NCBI GenBank assembly: GCA_964016885.1
Contig: OZ024766.1
Coordinates: 14,074,001 to 14,138,000 of the forward strand
Origin: Eledone cirrhosa
Taxonomy: Eukaryota
DNA length: 64,000 nucleotides
Reading direction: 5' to 3'
Shown: positions 13,117 to 28,656 of the stretch, piece by piece
Layout of the letters: each line of letters begins with the position of its first letter
How positions within the stretch are numbered: position 1 is the stretch's first letter
Notes under the pieces: generated by a model
Databases searched by the model: none
What the model was told of the DNA's origin: nothing
What the model saw: only the letters and a program-made list of their open reading frames with translations
Position numbers and translations under genes: made by a program

Positions 13117-13190
13117 ATAGGAAAAGAGCCAGGAACCCAACAGCTGAGCTCTGGCCAGAGATCAGCAGTTGGGGTCCTGACTCTTTTCCT

Positions 13191-13192
<2 letters not shown>
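13117..13192. repeat. Imperfect palindrome at the end of a dispersed element (complete in units 3,4,9; truncated in the others)
   Basis: ataggaaaagagccaggaacccaacagctgagctctgg|ccagagatcagcagttggggtcctgactcttttcctat. Confidence 0.8.
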
Positions 13193-13251
<59 letters not shown>

Positions 13252-13390
13252 TAAATGGAAACTATATTTATAAAACCATATTTATTTTATTATACATATT
13301 TCAAGGCAACCAAGGCAAACTGTTGAGTGCTTTATATCAGTTATAAACATTTTTAAGCTTATTGAATCCCAACAAATTAAATATAACCTC

Positions 13391-13431
<41 letters not shown>

Positions 13432-13843
13432 CAACATTAGAATTACTACTACATTTTACTTTCTATCTCTCTGCCTCTTCCACTTTTAGTCTCCATTCTT
13501 CCCACTTTCTCTCTCTCCCTCTCTCTCTGTCTCTCTCACATCTTTCTCTCCCTCTATCTCCCTCTCTCGATATCCCTCTCTTTCTCTCTCTCTCTGTCTC
13601 TATCGCCCCCTCTCTCTCTATCTCTACTCCTGTCTCTCCCATACACTTACCTAAGGTCATGTAATTTAACTGGGTGTGACTTTCTCTAAAAGTTAATACA
13701 AAGACTTGCTTTCAACTGACAGAAACATAGCTACGATGTTGCACACTCATATCATGTGTCTGTATGGCTGACTGTCTGAACTTCATACAGAAATAAAAAA
13801 CCCACACAACCAACATTCTGGGGTTGATAAAATATAATTGTTT

Positions 13844-14859
13844 CTAATTATATTGACTAATTATATTTACTAATAATATTGAGTAATAATATTGCCTAAT
13901 TATATTGACTAATTATATTGACTAATTATATTGAGTAATAATATTGACTAATTATATTGACTAATTATATTGACTAATTATATTGACTAATTATATTGAC
14001 TTATTATATTGACTAATTATATTTACTCTGGGTAATTGCTGGCCTTGTGCCAAAAGTAGAAACAATTATATTTACTAATAGTATTGACTAATAATATTGA
14101 CTAATTATATTGACTAATTATATTGACTAATTATATTGACTAATTATATTGACTAATTATATTTACTAATAATAGTAACTAATTATATGAACTAATAATT
14201 GTTTCTACGTTAGGCACAAGGCCAGCAATTACCCAGTACATTACTGGTACTTTATTTTATCGACCCCGTAAGGATGAAAGGCAAAGTTAACCTCATTAAC
14301 TAATTATATTGACTAATTATATTAACTAATAATATTAACTAATATTATCACCTAATAATATTAACTAATAACATTCACTAATTATATTAACTAATAATAT
14401 TAACTAATATTATCAACTAATAATATTCACTAATAATTTAAATAATTTTTACATTAGGCACAAGGCCAGCAATTACCCCAGTGTATTACTGGTACTTTAT
14501 TTTATCAACCCCGTAAGGATGAAAGGCAAAGTTAACCTCGGCGGGATTTGAATTAGTTAATATTATTCGGTGGATTGTCAGTATCGGTGGAGCGTCGGAC
14601 GCCATGCTTTGATGCATAGAGTTATATAATTAGTAAATATTATTAGTTAATATTATTAGTTAATATAATTAGTTAATATTATTAGTTAATATAATTAGTT
14701 AATATTATTAGTTAATATTATTAGTTAATATTATTTAGTTAATATTATTTAGTTAATATTATTAGTTAATATTATTAGTCAATATAATTAGTTAATATTA
14801 TTAGTTAATATAATTAGTTAATATTATTAGTTAATATTATTAGTCAATAATAATATTAA
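13844..14859. repeat. 13-bp satellite blocks, unit 3
   Basis: Same 13-mer in both orientations. Confidence 0.9.
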
Positions 14860-15312
14860 TGGCAGTGGATTGGCAGTATCAGTGGAGGGTCGGACGCCAT
14901 GCTTTGATGCATAGAGTTACGGCCCTTGCCATTCTGAGTTCAAATCCCACCGAGGTTAACTTTGCCTTTCATCCTTACGTGGTCGATAAAATAAAGTAGC
15001 AGTAATACACTGGGGTAATTGCTGGCCTTGTGCCTAACGTAGAAACAATTATTAACTAATATTACTAACTAATAATATTGATTGTTGACTAGAAATTTAG
15101 AGATTATTTTAATGGTTTCTGATTTAGATGCAAGGCCAACACATTTGGGGAAGGGGTGTTGATTGACCCCAGTGTGTTACTGGTACTTTATTTTATCAAC
15201 CCAGTAAGGATGAAAGGCAAAGCTTACCTTGATGGGATTTGAACTCAGAACGTAAAGGGCCGTAACTGGGTTCAAATCCTACTGAAGTTATAGCTCTGGC
15301 TTTCATCCTAAC

Positions 15313-15664
15313 AGGGTTGATAAAGTAAAGTACCAGTAACGTACTGGGGTTGTTGAAGTAAAGTACCTGTAACGTTCTTGGGTTGATAAAGTAAGGTACC
15401 AGTAATGTACTGGGGTTGTTAAAGTAAAGTACCAGTAATGTACTGGGTTTGATAAAGTAAAGTATCAGTAACGTACTGGGGTTGATAAGGTGAAGTAACA
15501 GTAACGTACTGGGGTTGATAAAGTAAAGTACCAGTAATGTACGGGGGTTGATAAAGTAAAGTACCAGTAACGTACTGGGGTTGATAAAGTAAAGTACCAG
15601 TAACGTACTGGGGTTGATAAAGTAAAGTACCAGTAACGTACTGGGGTTGATAAAATAAAGTACC
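15313..15664. repeat. 33-bp minisatellite (~10.7 copies)
   Basis: Same unit. Confidence 0.95.
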
Positions 15665-15707
15665 TGGACTGGTGAGAGATAAAAGCTGAGATATGAAAAT
15701 AACTAAC

Positions 15708-15845
15708 CTTTCTGACAACTGTTTCCTTCATAACCTGGAGCACATCTACCCCTTGAACAGATCCCTAATTCCACATTACACCTGTTGTTATCTTCACAAT
15801 GACACACCTGATCACAGTTGGCACCAAGTCTTCCACTACTGCACA
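15708..15845 (-). CDS. EGF-like internal exon, copy 4 (consensus)
   Basis: Same splice sites and module. Confidence 0.85.
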
Positions 15846-17561
15846 CTGTAACAGGAAAACATTGGTGTAGATCAGGGATTGGCAACTTCTTTGCCTCCAC
15901 GGGCCGGACGAACGCCATAAAAGAATAATTATGGAAAATTACACAAGCTAAAATTTAATCTCGAGTGTTGACTATACTATTCATTTCTCAAATCTTGAAT
16001 TATATTCACAAATACCTCTGAATCCTGTGATTTCCCTCCTTGAAATGATGGAAAATGCACATAATTTTTATTTCAAAGTTGATGTTCCCACAACTGTAGC
16101 TTTTTTTCAAAGGCAACAATATGGTTATACATTTCATTTACGAGCTGAGTTTTACCTTGACGTTGTAAATTTAAGTTATTTAACCCTTTAGCACTTACAT
16201 TACTCTATATTTACTATTGTAATGTCACAGTAAACACTTTATCTTATATAGTTATCTCACATAATATTGAATCTATGAGATTTTGATATTATTTATTTTG
16301 AGAAGAATACCTTAACGTCAGTATGAGTGGCTAGTTACAGCCGGTTTGAACAGAAAAAAGTGAGAGATTTCTGGCCGGATATGGCCGGTTTAAATGCTAA
16401 AGGGTTAAACGAGTCACAATATCCTCAATAAATACCAAAGTTGTAAAAGCAGGCCTTTTATTGTATTCGAAAGGAATAATATGTATTATTCTTTTATAAT
16501 CTTTTATAATCTCTATAATTGTATTATTCTTTATCGAAAGGTTGTGAGTTCAATTCTCAGACCGGGTAATGTGTTGTTTCCTTGAGCAAGACACTTTATT
16601 TCAAATTGCTCCAGTTTACTCAGCTGTAAAAATGAGATGATAGGGACTGGGGTCCCTATCATTCCACTGTAAAGTGGTCGTAGAGGTGCCACGGCAAAAA
16701 ATCACCCAGCACTCACTGTAAATGAGGTTGGTTTTAGGAAGGGCATCAAGCTGTAGAAATCAAGCCAGAATCAGTTCCTGTCCCACTCTTGCAAGCAGGG
16801 AAAAGGGGACGTAAAATGAAATGTTTCATAATTCAGGGGTTGATAAAATATAGTACCAGTGATATCCTGGGGTAGATTTAATAGAATAGCTTAACACACA
16901 CTCACATATATATATATATCTACTAACCAAAGTATCGCGTGATCTGGTGCGTTATGGTCCACCTCGTTCCTTACCATACTTCCTACCACACACACACACA
17001 CACATATATAGATATATACTTATAAATATATACAGAATAAGGAACAAGTATTACAATAACCTGGGGTTCAAGGGCCCTCACCTCTTCAACAAGCTGCCAA
17101 GGAATTTGAGAGATCTGCACGGTGTGGACGTGGATGTTTTCAAGGAACATCTCGACACCCTGTTATCAGGATCCTGGATGAGCCCACAGCATGGTTCGAA
17201 GGTAACCTAAGGGCAGCAACAATGAACCCCCTCTTTGCCAAATGGCCAACCAACACAGGTTGGAGAAAGAATGTGTAACAAGGGCATGCCCCAGCATGGC
17301 CTCAACTGGATCGCTGGAACACGTTAAAAGAGTAAAAGAGAATATATATATATATATATACATATAATGTAGGAGGTGAGTTTTATTGTAGTACAATAAA
17401 GCAATGCAGATATCGGATAAGAAGCACTCTACAGTTTGTAGGACTGGAGTATACATAATATAAGATCAAAAGATGGTTAAAGGAGTTCCATGTATTTTAT
17501 TATGCGCATTTAAAACTGCACTATCCACAAGTGTTTTTTTAGCCTTCATATCATGTTCTCC

Positions 17562-17632
17562 TGTTTTATCTGATGAAAACACAAATATTATTGCATGATG
17601 ATGTTTGTTTTTGAAATGCGCATAATAAAATA
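17562..17632 (+). ncRNA. Type I hammerhead ribozyme motif, unit 4
   Basis: Identical to 7255-7325. Confidence 0.8.
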
Positions 17633-18210
17633 CATGGAACTCCTTTAACCATCTTTTGATCTTATATTATATATACATATATATATATTTATATTTATAT
17701 TTCTGGCTATTTCTGGCTGTCGATGGTCCTATTCAGGCCACTGGGATGACGTTGTTCAACGAGTGTATTTTAAAAAAAATGCAACACGTGGTTCATATCA
17801 TTCGCAGATTTGCATTTGCTGTGTAAACGCAGATGGTTATTTTTCTTCTCATTTGGTGAACATCCAAGAATTTAACTGCTGTGATTTACGGATTAATAGG
17901 TGAAATATATTTCTTACTTAAAGAAATATATACAAAGGAGATTAATCATTTTAAAAGGTATCTATATTTGAAGTTCTAGTCAAGCTTTAATTAGTTACCT
18001 ACCTAGCTATGTGTGCCTACATTCTTTACAAATTATTCCCTGTGATTGTTTCATGTATTTATTATATATATATATATATATGTCAATCTATTTCTAGTTG
18101 ATATGTAATGCTCGGATCTAATCTTTCAGCTTATTCTACGCATGGTGCATGTCTCTCAGACATGACAACCCTTAATTTTAATTTTGGATATATATATATA
18201 TACATATATG

Positions 18211-18306
<96 letters not shown>

Positions 18307-18414
18307 AGAGTACTCAATACTTAGGGTAGAAGAGTGGGTAATAGGAAAAGAGCCAGGAACCCAACAGCTGAGCTCTGGCCAGAGATCAGCAGTTGGGGTC
18401 CTGACTCTTTTCCT

Positions 18415-18477
<63 letters not shown>

Positions 18478-18620
18478 TAAATGGAAACTATATTTATAAA
18501 ACCATATTTATTTTATTATACATATTTCAAGGGCAACCAAGGCAAACTGTTGAGTGCTTTATATCAGTTATAAAAATGTTTAAGCTTATTGAATCCCAAC
18601 AAATTAAATGTAACCTCTGC

Positions 18621-18657
<37 letters not shown>

Positions 18658-19011
18658 AATATATATAATACAACATTAGAATTACTACTACATTTTACTT
18701 TCTATCTCTGTCTCTCACATCTCTTTCTCTCCCTCTATCTCCCTCTCTCGATATCCCTCTCTTTCTCTCACCCCCCTCTCTCTCTCTATCTCTCCTCCTG
18801 TCTCTCCCATACACTTACCTAAGGTCATGTAATTTAACTGGGTGTGACTTTCTCTAAAAGTTAATACAAAGACTTGCTTTCAACTGACAGAAACATAGCT
18901 ACGATGTTGCACACTCATATCATGTGTCTGTATGGCTGACTGCCTGAACTTCATACAGAAATAAAAAACCCACACAACCAACATTCTGGGGTTGATAAAA
19001 TATAATTGTTT

Positions 19012-20420
19012 CTAATTATATTGACTAATTATATTTACTAATAATATTGAGTAATAATATTGACTAATTATATTTACTAATAATATTGACTAATTATATT
19101 TACTAATAATATTGACTAATTATATTTACTAATAATATTGACTAATTATATTGACTAATTATATTGACTAATTATATTTACTAATAATAGTAACTAATTA
19201 TATGAACTAATAATTGTTTCTACGTTAGGCACAAGGCCAGCAATAACCCAGTACATTACTGGTACTTTATTTTATCGACCCCGTAAGGATGAAAGGCAAA
19301 CTTAACCTCATTAACTAATTATATTGACTAATTATATTAACTAATAATTGTTTCTACTTTAGGCACAAGGCCAGCAATTACCCAGTGCATTACTGGTACT
19401 TTATTTTTACTAATAATATTAACTAATATTATCACCTAATAATATTCACTAATAATATTCACTAATATTATCAACTAATAACATTCACTAATTATATTGA
19501 CTAATAATATTAACTAATATTATCAACTAATAACATTCACTAATTATATTGACTAATAATATTCACTAATAATATTCACTAATAATTTAAATAATTTTTA
19601 CATTAGGCACAAGGCCAGCAATTTCCCCAGTGTATTACTGGTACTTTATTTTATCAACCCCGTAAGGATGAAAGGCAAAGTTAACCTCGGCGGGATTTCA
19701 ATTAGTTAATATTATTCGGTGGATTGGCAGTATCGGTGGAGCGTCGGACGCCATGCTTTGATGCATAGAGTTATATAATTAGTAAATATTATTAGTTAAT
19801 ATTATTAGTTAATATTATTAGTTAATATTATTAGTTAATATAATTAGTTAATATTATTAGTTAATATTATTAGTTAATATAATTAGTTAATATAATTAGT
19901 TAATATTATTAGTTAATATTATTAGTTAATATTATTAGTTAATATAATTAGTTAATATTATTAGTTAATATTATTAGTTAATATAATTAGTTAATATTAT
20001 TAGTTAATATTATTAGTTAATATAATTAGTTAATATTATTAGTTAATATTATTAGTTAATATTATTAGTTAATATTATTAGTTAATATTATTAGTTAATA
20101 TTATTAGTTAATATAATTAGTTAATATTATTAGTTAATATTATTAGTTAATATTATTAGTTAATATTATTACTTAATATTATTAGTCAATATAATTAGTT
20201 AATATTATTAGTTAATATTATTAGTTAATATTATTAGTCAATAATATTAAAATAAAAGTACCAGTATTATTAGTCAATATAATTAGTTAATATTATTAGT
20301 TAATATTATTAGTTAATATTATTAGTCAATAATATTAAAATAAAAGTACCAGTAATGCACTGGGTAATTGCTGGCCTTGTGCCTAAAGTAGAAACAATTA
20401 TTAGTCAATAATAATATTAA
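19012..20420. repeat. 13-bp satellite blocks, unit 4
   Basis: Same 13-mer; long reverse block at ~19775-20335. Confidence 0.9.
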
Positions 20421-20873
20421 TGGCAGTGGATTGGCAGTATCAGTGGAGGGTCGGACGCCATGCTTTGATGCATAGAGTTACGGCCCTTGCCATTCTGAGT
20501 TCAAATCCCACCGAGGTTAACTTTGCCTTTCATCCTTACGGAGTCGATAAAATAAAGTAGCAGTAATACACTGGGGTAATTGCTGGCCTTGTGCCTAACG
20601 TAGAAACAATTATTAACTAATATTACTAACTAATAATATTGATTGTTGACTAGAAATTTAGAGATTATTTTAATGGTTTCTGATTTAGATGCAAGGCCAA
20701 CACATTTGGGGAAGGGGTGTTGATTGACCCCAGTGTGTTACTGGTACTTTATTTTATCAACCCAGTAAGGATGAAAGGCAAAGCTTACCTTGATGGGATT
20801 TGAACTCAGAACGTAAAGGGCCGTAACTGGGTTCAAATCCTACTCAAGTTATAGCTCTGGCTTTCATCCTTAC

Positions 20874-21720
20874 AGGGTTGATAAAGTAAAGTACCAGTAA
20901 CGTACTGGGGTTGATAAAGTAAAGTACCAGTAATGTACTGGGGTTGATAAAATAAAGTACCAGTAACGTACTGGGGTTGATAAAGTAAAGTACCAGTAAT
21001 GTACTGGGGTTGATAAAATAAAGTACCAGTAACGTACTGGGGTTGATAAAGTAAAGTACCAGTAACGTACTGGGGTTGATAAAATAAAGTACCAGTAATG
21101 TACTGGGGTTGATAAAGTAAACTACCAGTAATGTACCTGGGTTGATAAAGTAAAGTACCAGTAATGTACGGGGGTTGATAAAGTAAAGTACCAGGAATGT
21201 ACTGGGGTTGATAAAGTAAAGTACCAGGAATGTACTGGGGTTGATAAAGTAAAGTACCAGTAATGTACGGGGGTTGATAAAGTAAAGTACCAGTAATGTA
21301 CTGGGGTTGATAAAGTAAAGTACCAGTAATGTACGGGGGTTGATGAAGTAAAGTACCAGTAACGTACTGGGGTTGATAAAGTAAAGTACCAGTAATGTAC
21401 GGGGGTTGATAAAGTAAAGTACCAGGAATGTACTGGGGTTGATAAAGTAAAGTACCAGTAATGTACGGGGGTTGATAAAGTAAAGTAACAGTAACGTACT
21501 GGGGTTGATAAAGTAAAGTACCAGTAAAGTACTGGGGTTGATAAAGTAAAGTACCAGTAATGTACTGAGGTTGATAAAATAAAGTACCAGTAACGTACTG
21601 GGGTTGATAAAGTAAAGTACCAGTAAAGTACTGGGGTTGACAAAATAAAGTACCAGTAATGTACTGGGATTGATAAAATAAAGTACCAGTAATGTACTGG
21701 GGTTGATAAAATAAAGTACC
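20874..21720. repeat. 33-bp minisatellite (~25.7 copies)
   Basis: Same unit. Confidence 0.95.
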
Positions 21721-21763
21721 TGGACTGGTGAGAGATAAAAGCTGAGATATGAAAATAACTAAC

Positions 21764-21901
21764 CTTTCTGACAACTGTTTCCTTCATAACCTGGAGCACA
21801 TCTACCCCTTGAACAGATCCCTAATTCCACATTACACCTGTTGTTATCTTCACAATGACACACCTGATCACAGTTGGCACCAAGTCTTCCACTACTGCAC
21901 A
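21764..21901 (-). CDS. EGF-like internal exon, copy 5 (consensus)
   Basis: Same splice sites and module. Confidence 0.85.
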
Positions 21902-23397
21902 CTGTAACAGGAAAACATTGGTGTAGATCAGGGATTGCCAACTTCTTTGCCTCCACGGGCCGGACGAACGCCATAAAAGAATAATTATGGAAAATTACAC
22001 AAGCTAAAATTTAATCTCGAGTGTTGACTATACTATTCATTTCTCAAATCTTGAATTATATTCACAAATACCTCTGAATCCTGTGATTTCCCTCCTTGAA
22101 ATGATGGAAAATGCACATAATTTTTATTTCAAAGTTGATGTTCCCACAACTGTAGCTTTTTTTCAAAGGCAACAATATGGTTATACATTTCATTTACGAG
22201 CTGAGTTTTACCTTGAAGTTGTAAATTTAAGTTATTTAACCCTTTAGCACTTACATTACTCTATATTTACTATTGTAATGTCACAGTAAACACTTTATCT
22301 TATATAGTTATCTCACATAATATTGAATCTATGAGATTTTGATAATATTTATTTTGAGAAGAATACCTTAACGTCAGTATGAGTGGCTAGTTACAGCCGG
22401 TTTGAACAGAAAAAAGTGAGAGATTTCTGGCCGGATATGGCCGGTTTAAATGCTAAAGGGTTAAACGAGTCACAATATCCTCAATAAATACCAAAGTTGT
22501 AACAGCAGGCCTTTTATTGTATTCGAAAGGAATAATACGTATTATTCTTTTATAATCTTTTATAATCTCTATAATTGTATTATTCTTTATCGAAAGGTTG
22601 TGAGTTCAATTCTCAGACCGGGTAATGTGTTGTTTCCTTGAGCAAGACACTTTATTTCAAATTGCTCCAGTTTACTCAGCTGTAAAAATGAGATGATAGG
22701 GACTGGGGTCCCTATCATTCCACTGTAAAGTGGTCGTAGAGGTGCCACGGCAAAAAATCACCCAGCACTCACTGTAAATGAGGTTGGTTTTAGGAAGGGC
22801 ATCAAGCTGTAGAAATCAAGCCAGAATCAGTTCCTGTCCCACTCTTGCAAGCAGGGAAAAGGGGACGTAAAATGAAATGATTTCATAATTCAGGGGTTGA
22901 TAAAATATAGTACCAGTGATATCCTGGAGTAGATTTAATAGAATAGCTTAACACACACTCACATATATATATATATCTACTAACCAAAGTATCGCGTGAT
23001 CTGGTGCGTTATGGTCCACCTCGTTCCTTACCATACTTCCTACAACACACACACACACACATATATAGATATATACTTATAAATATATACAGAATAAGGA
23101 GCAGGTATTACAATAACCTGGGGTTCAAGGGCCCTCACCTCTTCAACAAGCTGCCAAGGAATTTGAGAGATCTGCATGGTGTGGACGTGGATGTTTTCAA
23201 GGAACATCTCGACACCCTGTTACCAGGATCCTGGATGAGCCCACAGCATGGTTCGAAGGTAACCTAAGGGCAGCAACAACGAACCCCCTCTTTGCCGAAT
23301 GGCCAACCAACACAGGTTGGAGAAAGAATGTGTAACAAGGGCATGCCCCAGCATGGCCTCAACTGGATCGCTGGAACACGTTAAAAGAGTAAAAGAG

Positions 23398-23428
<31 letters not shown>

Positions 23429-23727
23429 TTATATTTATATTTCTGGCTATTTCTGGCTGTCGATGGTCCTATTCAGGCCACTGGGATGACGTTGTTCAAC
23501 GAGTGTATTTTTAAAAAAATGCAACAAGTGGTTCATATCATTCGCAGATTTGCATTTGCTGTGTAAACGCAGATGGTTATTTTTCTTCTCATTTGGTGAA
23601 CATCCAAGAATTTAACTGCTGTGATTTACGGATTAATAGGTGAAATATATTTCTTACTTAAAGAGCCAGGAACCCAACGGCTGAGCTCCGGCCAGAGATC
23701 AGCAGTTGGGGTCCTGACTCTTTTCCT

Positions 23728-23767
<40 letters not shown>

Positions 23768-24311
23768 TATATTAATAAATGGAAACTATATTTATAAAAC
23801 CATATTTATTTTATTATACATATTTCAAGGGCAACCAAGGCAAACTGTTGAGTGCTTTATATCAGTTATAAAAATGTTTAAGCTTATTGAATCCCAACAA
23901 ATTAAATATAACCTCTGCATATATATATATTTATATATATATATATAAATATATATAATACAACATTAGAATTACTACTACATTTTACTTTCTATCTCTG
24001 TCTCTCACATCTCTTTCTCTCCCTCTATCTCCCTCTCTCGATATCCCTCTCTTTCTCTCACCCCCCTCTCTCTCTCTATCTCTCTCTATCTCTCCTCCTG
24101 TCTCTCCCATACACTTACCTAAGGTCATGTAATTTAACTGGGTGTGACTTTCTCAAAAGTTAATACAAAGACTTGCTTTCAACTGACAGAAACATAGCTA
24201 CAATGTTGCACACTCATATCATGTGTCTGTATGGCTGACTGCCAGAACTTCATACAGAAATAAAAAACCCCACACAACCAACATTCTGGGGTTGATAAAA
24301 TATAATTGTTT

Positions 24312-25368
24312 CTAATTATATTGACTAATTATATTTACTAATAATATTGACTAATAATATTGACTAATAATATTGACTAATTATATTGACTAATTATATT
24401 TACTAATAATATTGACTAATAATATTGACTAATAATATTGACTAATTATATTTACTAATAATATTGACTAATAATATTGACTTATTATATTGACTAATTA
24501 TATTGACTAATTATATTGACTAATTATATTGACTAATTATATTGACTAATAATATTGACTAATTATATTTACTAATAATATTGACTAATTATATTGACTA
24601 ATTATATTTACTAATAATATTTACTAATAATATTGACTAATAATATTGACTAATTATATTGACGAATTATATTGACTAATTATATTTACTAATTATATTG
24701 ACTAATTATATTGACTAATTATGTTTACTAATTATATTGACTAATTATATTTACTAATAATAGTAACTAATTATATGAACTAATAATTGTTTCTACGTTA
24801 GGCTCAAGGCCAGCAATTACCCAGTACATTACTGGTACTTTATTTTATCGACCCCGTAAGGATGAAAGGCAAAGTTAACCTCATTAACTAATTATATTGA
24901 CTAATTATATTAACTAATAATATTAACTAATATTATCATCTAATAATATTAACTAATAACATTCACTAATTATATTAACTAATAATATTAACTAATATTA
25001 TCATCTAATAATATTCACTAATAATTTAAATAATTTTTACATTAGGCACAAGGCCAGCAATTACCCCAGTGTGTTACTGGTACTTTATTTTATCAACCCC
25101 GTAAGGATGAAAGGCAAAGTTAACCTCGGCGGGATTTGAATTAGTTAATATTATTCGGTGGATTGGCAGTATTGGTGGAGCGTCGGACGCCTTGCTTTGA
25201 TGCATAGAGTTATATAATTAGTAAATATTATTAGTTAATATTATTAGTTAATATTATTTAGTTAATATTATTAGTTAATATTATTAGTCAATATAATTAG
25301 TTAATATTATTAGTTAATATAATTAGTTAATATTATTAGTTAATATTATTAGTCAATAATAATATTAA
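24312..25368. repeat. 13-bp satellite blocks, unit 5
   Basis: Same 13-mer in both orientations. Confidence 0.9.
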
Positions 25369-25821
25369 TGGCAGTGGATTGGCAGTATCAGTGGAGGGTC
25401 GGACGCCATGCTTTGATGCATAGAGTTACGGCCCTTGCCATTCTGAGTTCAAATCCCACCGAGGTTAACTTTGCCTTTCATCCTTACGGGGTCGATAAAA
25501 TAAAGTAGCAGTAATTCACCGGGGTAATTGCTGGCCTTGTGCCTAACGTAGAAACAATTATTAACTAATATTACTAACTAATAATATTGATTGTTGACTA
25601 GAAATTTAGAGATTATTTTAATGGTTTCTGATTTAGATGCAAGGCCAACACATTTGGGGAAGGGGTGTTGATTGACCCCAGTGTGTTACTGGTACTTTAT
25701 TTTATCAACCCAGTAAGGATGAAAGGCAAAGCTTACCTTGATGGGATTTGAACTCAGAACGTAAAGGGCCGTAACTGGGTTCAAATCCTACTAAAGTTAT
25801 AGCTCTGGCTTTCATCCTAAC

Positions 25822-26602
25822 AGGGTTGATAAAGTAAAGTACCAGTAACGTACTGGGTTTGATGAAGTAAAGTACCTGTAACGTTCTTGGGTTGATAAAG
25901 TAAGGTACCAGTAATGTACTGGGGTTGATAAAGTAAAGTACCAGTAATGTACTGGGGTTGATAAAGTAAAGTACCAGTAACATACTGGGGTTGATAAAGT
26001 AAAGTACCAGTAATGTACTGGGGTTGATAAAGTAAAGTACCAGTAATGTACTGGGTTTGATAAAGTAAAGTATCAGTAATGTACTGGGTTTGATAAAGTA
26101 AAGTACCAGTAACGTACTGGGGTTGATAAAGTAAAGTACCAGTAATGTACGGGGGTTGATAAAGTAAAGTACCAGTAATGTACGGGGGTTGATAAAGTAA
26201 AGTACCAGTAACGTACTGGGGTTGATAAAGTAAAGTACCAGTAACGTACTGGGGTTGATAAAGTAAAGTACCAGTAATGTACGGGGGTTGATAAAGTAAA
26301 GTACCAGTAACGTACTGTGGTTGATAAAGTAAAGTACCAGTAATGTACTGGGGTTGATAAAGTAAAGTACCAGTAACGTACTGGGGTTGATAAAGTAAAG
26401 TACCAGTAACGTACTGGGGTTGATAAAATAAAGTACCAGTAATGTACTGGGATTGATAAAATAAAGTACCAGTAACGTACTGGGGTTGATAAAGTAAAGT
26501 ACCAGGAATGTACTGGGGTTGATAAAGTAAAGTACCAGTAATGTACTGGGGTTGATAAAATAAAGTACCAGTAACGTACTGGGGTTGATAAAATAAAGTA
26601 CC
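25822..26602. repeat. 33-bp minisatellite (~23.7 copies)
   Basis: Same unit. Confidence 0.95.
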
Positions 26603-26645
26603 TGGACTGGTGAGAGACAAAAGCTGAGATATGAAAATAACTAAC

Positions 26646-26783
26646 CTTTCTGACAACTGTTTCCTTCATAACCTGGAGCACATCTACCCCTTGAACAGAT
26701 CCCTAATTCCACATTACACCTGCTGTTATCTTCACAATGACACACCTGATCACAGTTGGCATCAAGTCTTCCACTACTGCACA
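26646..26783 (-). CDS. EGF-like internal exon, copy 6 (G8D, N21S)
   Basis: Same splice sites; reads RLDANC and EDNSRC. Confidence 0.85.
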
Positions 26784-28280
26784 CTGTAACAGGAAAACAT
26801 TGGTGTAGATCAGGGATTGCCAACTTCTTTGCCTCCATGGGCCGGACGAACGCCATAAAAGAATAATTATGGAAAATTACACAAGCTAAAATTTTTATCT
26901 CGAGTGTCGACTATACTATTCATTTCTCAAATCTTGAATTATATTCACAAATACCTCTGAATCCTGTGATTTCCCTCCTTGAAATGATGGAAAATGCACA
27001 TAATTTTTATTTCAAAGTTGATGTTCCCACAACTGTAGCTTTTTTTCAAAGGCAACAATATGGTTATACATTTCATTTACGAGCTGAGTTTTACCTTGAA
27101 GTTGTAAATTTAAGTTATTTAACCCTTTAGCACTTACATTACTCTATATTTACTATTGTAATGTCACAGTAAACACTTTATCTTATATAGTTATCTCACA
27201 TAATATTGAATCTATGAGATTTTGATAATATTTATTTTGAGAAGAATACCTTAACGTCAGTATGAGTGGCTAGTTACAGCCGGTTTGAACAGAAAAAAGT
27301 GAGAGATTTCTGGCCGGATATGGCCGGTTTAAATGCTAAAGGGTTAAACGAGTCACAATATCCTCAATAAATACCAAAGTTGTAACAGCAGGCCTTTTAT
27401 TGTATTCGAAAGGAATAATACGTATTATTCTTTTATAATCTTTTATAATCTCTATAATTGTATTATTCTTTATCGAAAGGTTGTGAGTTCAATTCTCAGA
27501 CCGGGTAATGTGTTGTTTCCTTGAGCAAGACACTTTATTTCAAATTGCTCCAGTTTACTCAGCTGTAAAAATGAGATGATAGGGACTGGGGTCCCTATCA
27601 TTCCACTGTAAAGTGGTCGTAGAGGTGCCACGGCAAAAAATCACCCAGCACTCACTGTAAATGAGGTTGGTTTTAGGAAGGGCATCAAGCTGTAGAAATC
27701 AAGCCAGAATCAGTTCCTGTCCCACTCTTGCAAGCAGGGAAAAGGGGACGTAAAATGAAATGATTTCATAATTCAGGGGTTGATAAAATATAGTACCAGT
27801 GATATCCTGGAGTAGATTTAATAGAATAGCTTAACACACACTCACATATATATATATATCTACTAACCAAAGTATCGCGTGATCTGGTGCGTTATGGTCC
27901 ACCTCGTTCCTTACCATACTTCCTACAACACACACACACACACATATATAGATATATACTTATAAATATATACAGAATAAGGAGCAGGTATTACAATAAC
28001 CTGGGGTTCAAGGGCCCTCACCTGTTCAACAAGCTGCCAAGGAATTTGAGAGATCTGCATGGTGTGGACGTGGATGTTTTCAAGGAACATCTCGACACCC
28101 TGTTACCAGGATCCTGGATGAGCCCACAGCATGGTTCGAAGGTAACCTAAGGGCAGCAACAACGAACCCCCTCTTTGCCGAATGGCCAACCAACACAGGT
28201 TGGAGAAAGAATGTGTAACAAGGGCATGCCCCAGCATGGCCTCAACTGGATCGCTGGAACACGTTAAAAGAGTAAAAGAG

Positions 28281-28313
<33 letters not shown>

Positions 28314-28612
28314 TTATATTTATATTTCTGGCTATTTCTGGCTGTCGATGGTCCTATTCAGGCCACTGGGATGACGTTGTTCAACGAGTGTATTTTTAAA
28401 AAAATGCAACAAGTGGTTCATATCATTCGCAGATTTGCATTTGCTGTGTAAACGCAGATGGTTATTTTTCTTCTCATTTGGTGAACATCCAAGAATTTAA
28501 CTGCTGTGATTTACGGATTAATAGGTGAAATATATTTCTTACTTAAAGAGCCAGGAACCCAACGGCTGAGCTCCGGCCAGAGATCAGCAGTTGGGGTCCT
28601 GACTCTTTTCCT

Positions 28613-28656
<44 letters not shown>

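Noticed and set aside
20833-21799. Long ORFs of QPQYVTGTLLY / YWYFTLSTPV repeats (also near 4672, 15419, 25817, 30719 and 41129)
   Set aside because: By-product of a 33-bp (11-codon) period. Two frames are open at once and single-base indels occur in some arrays.
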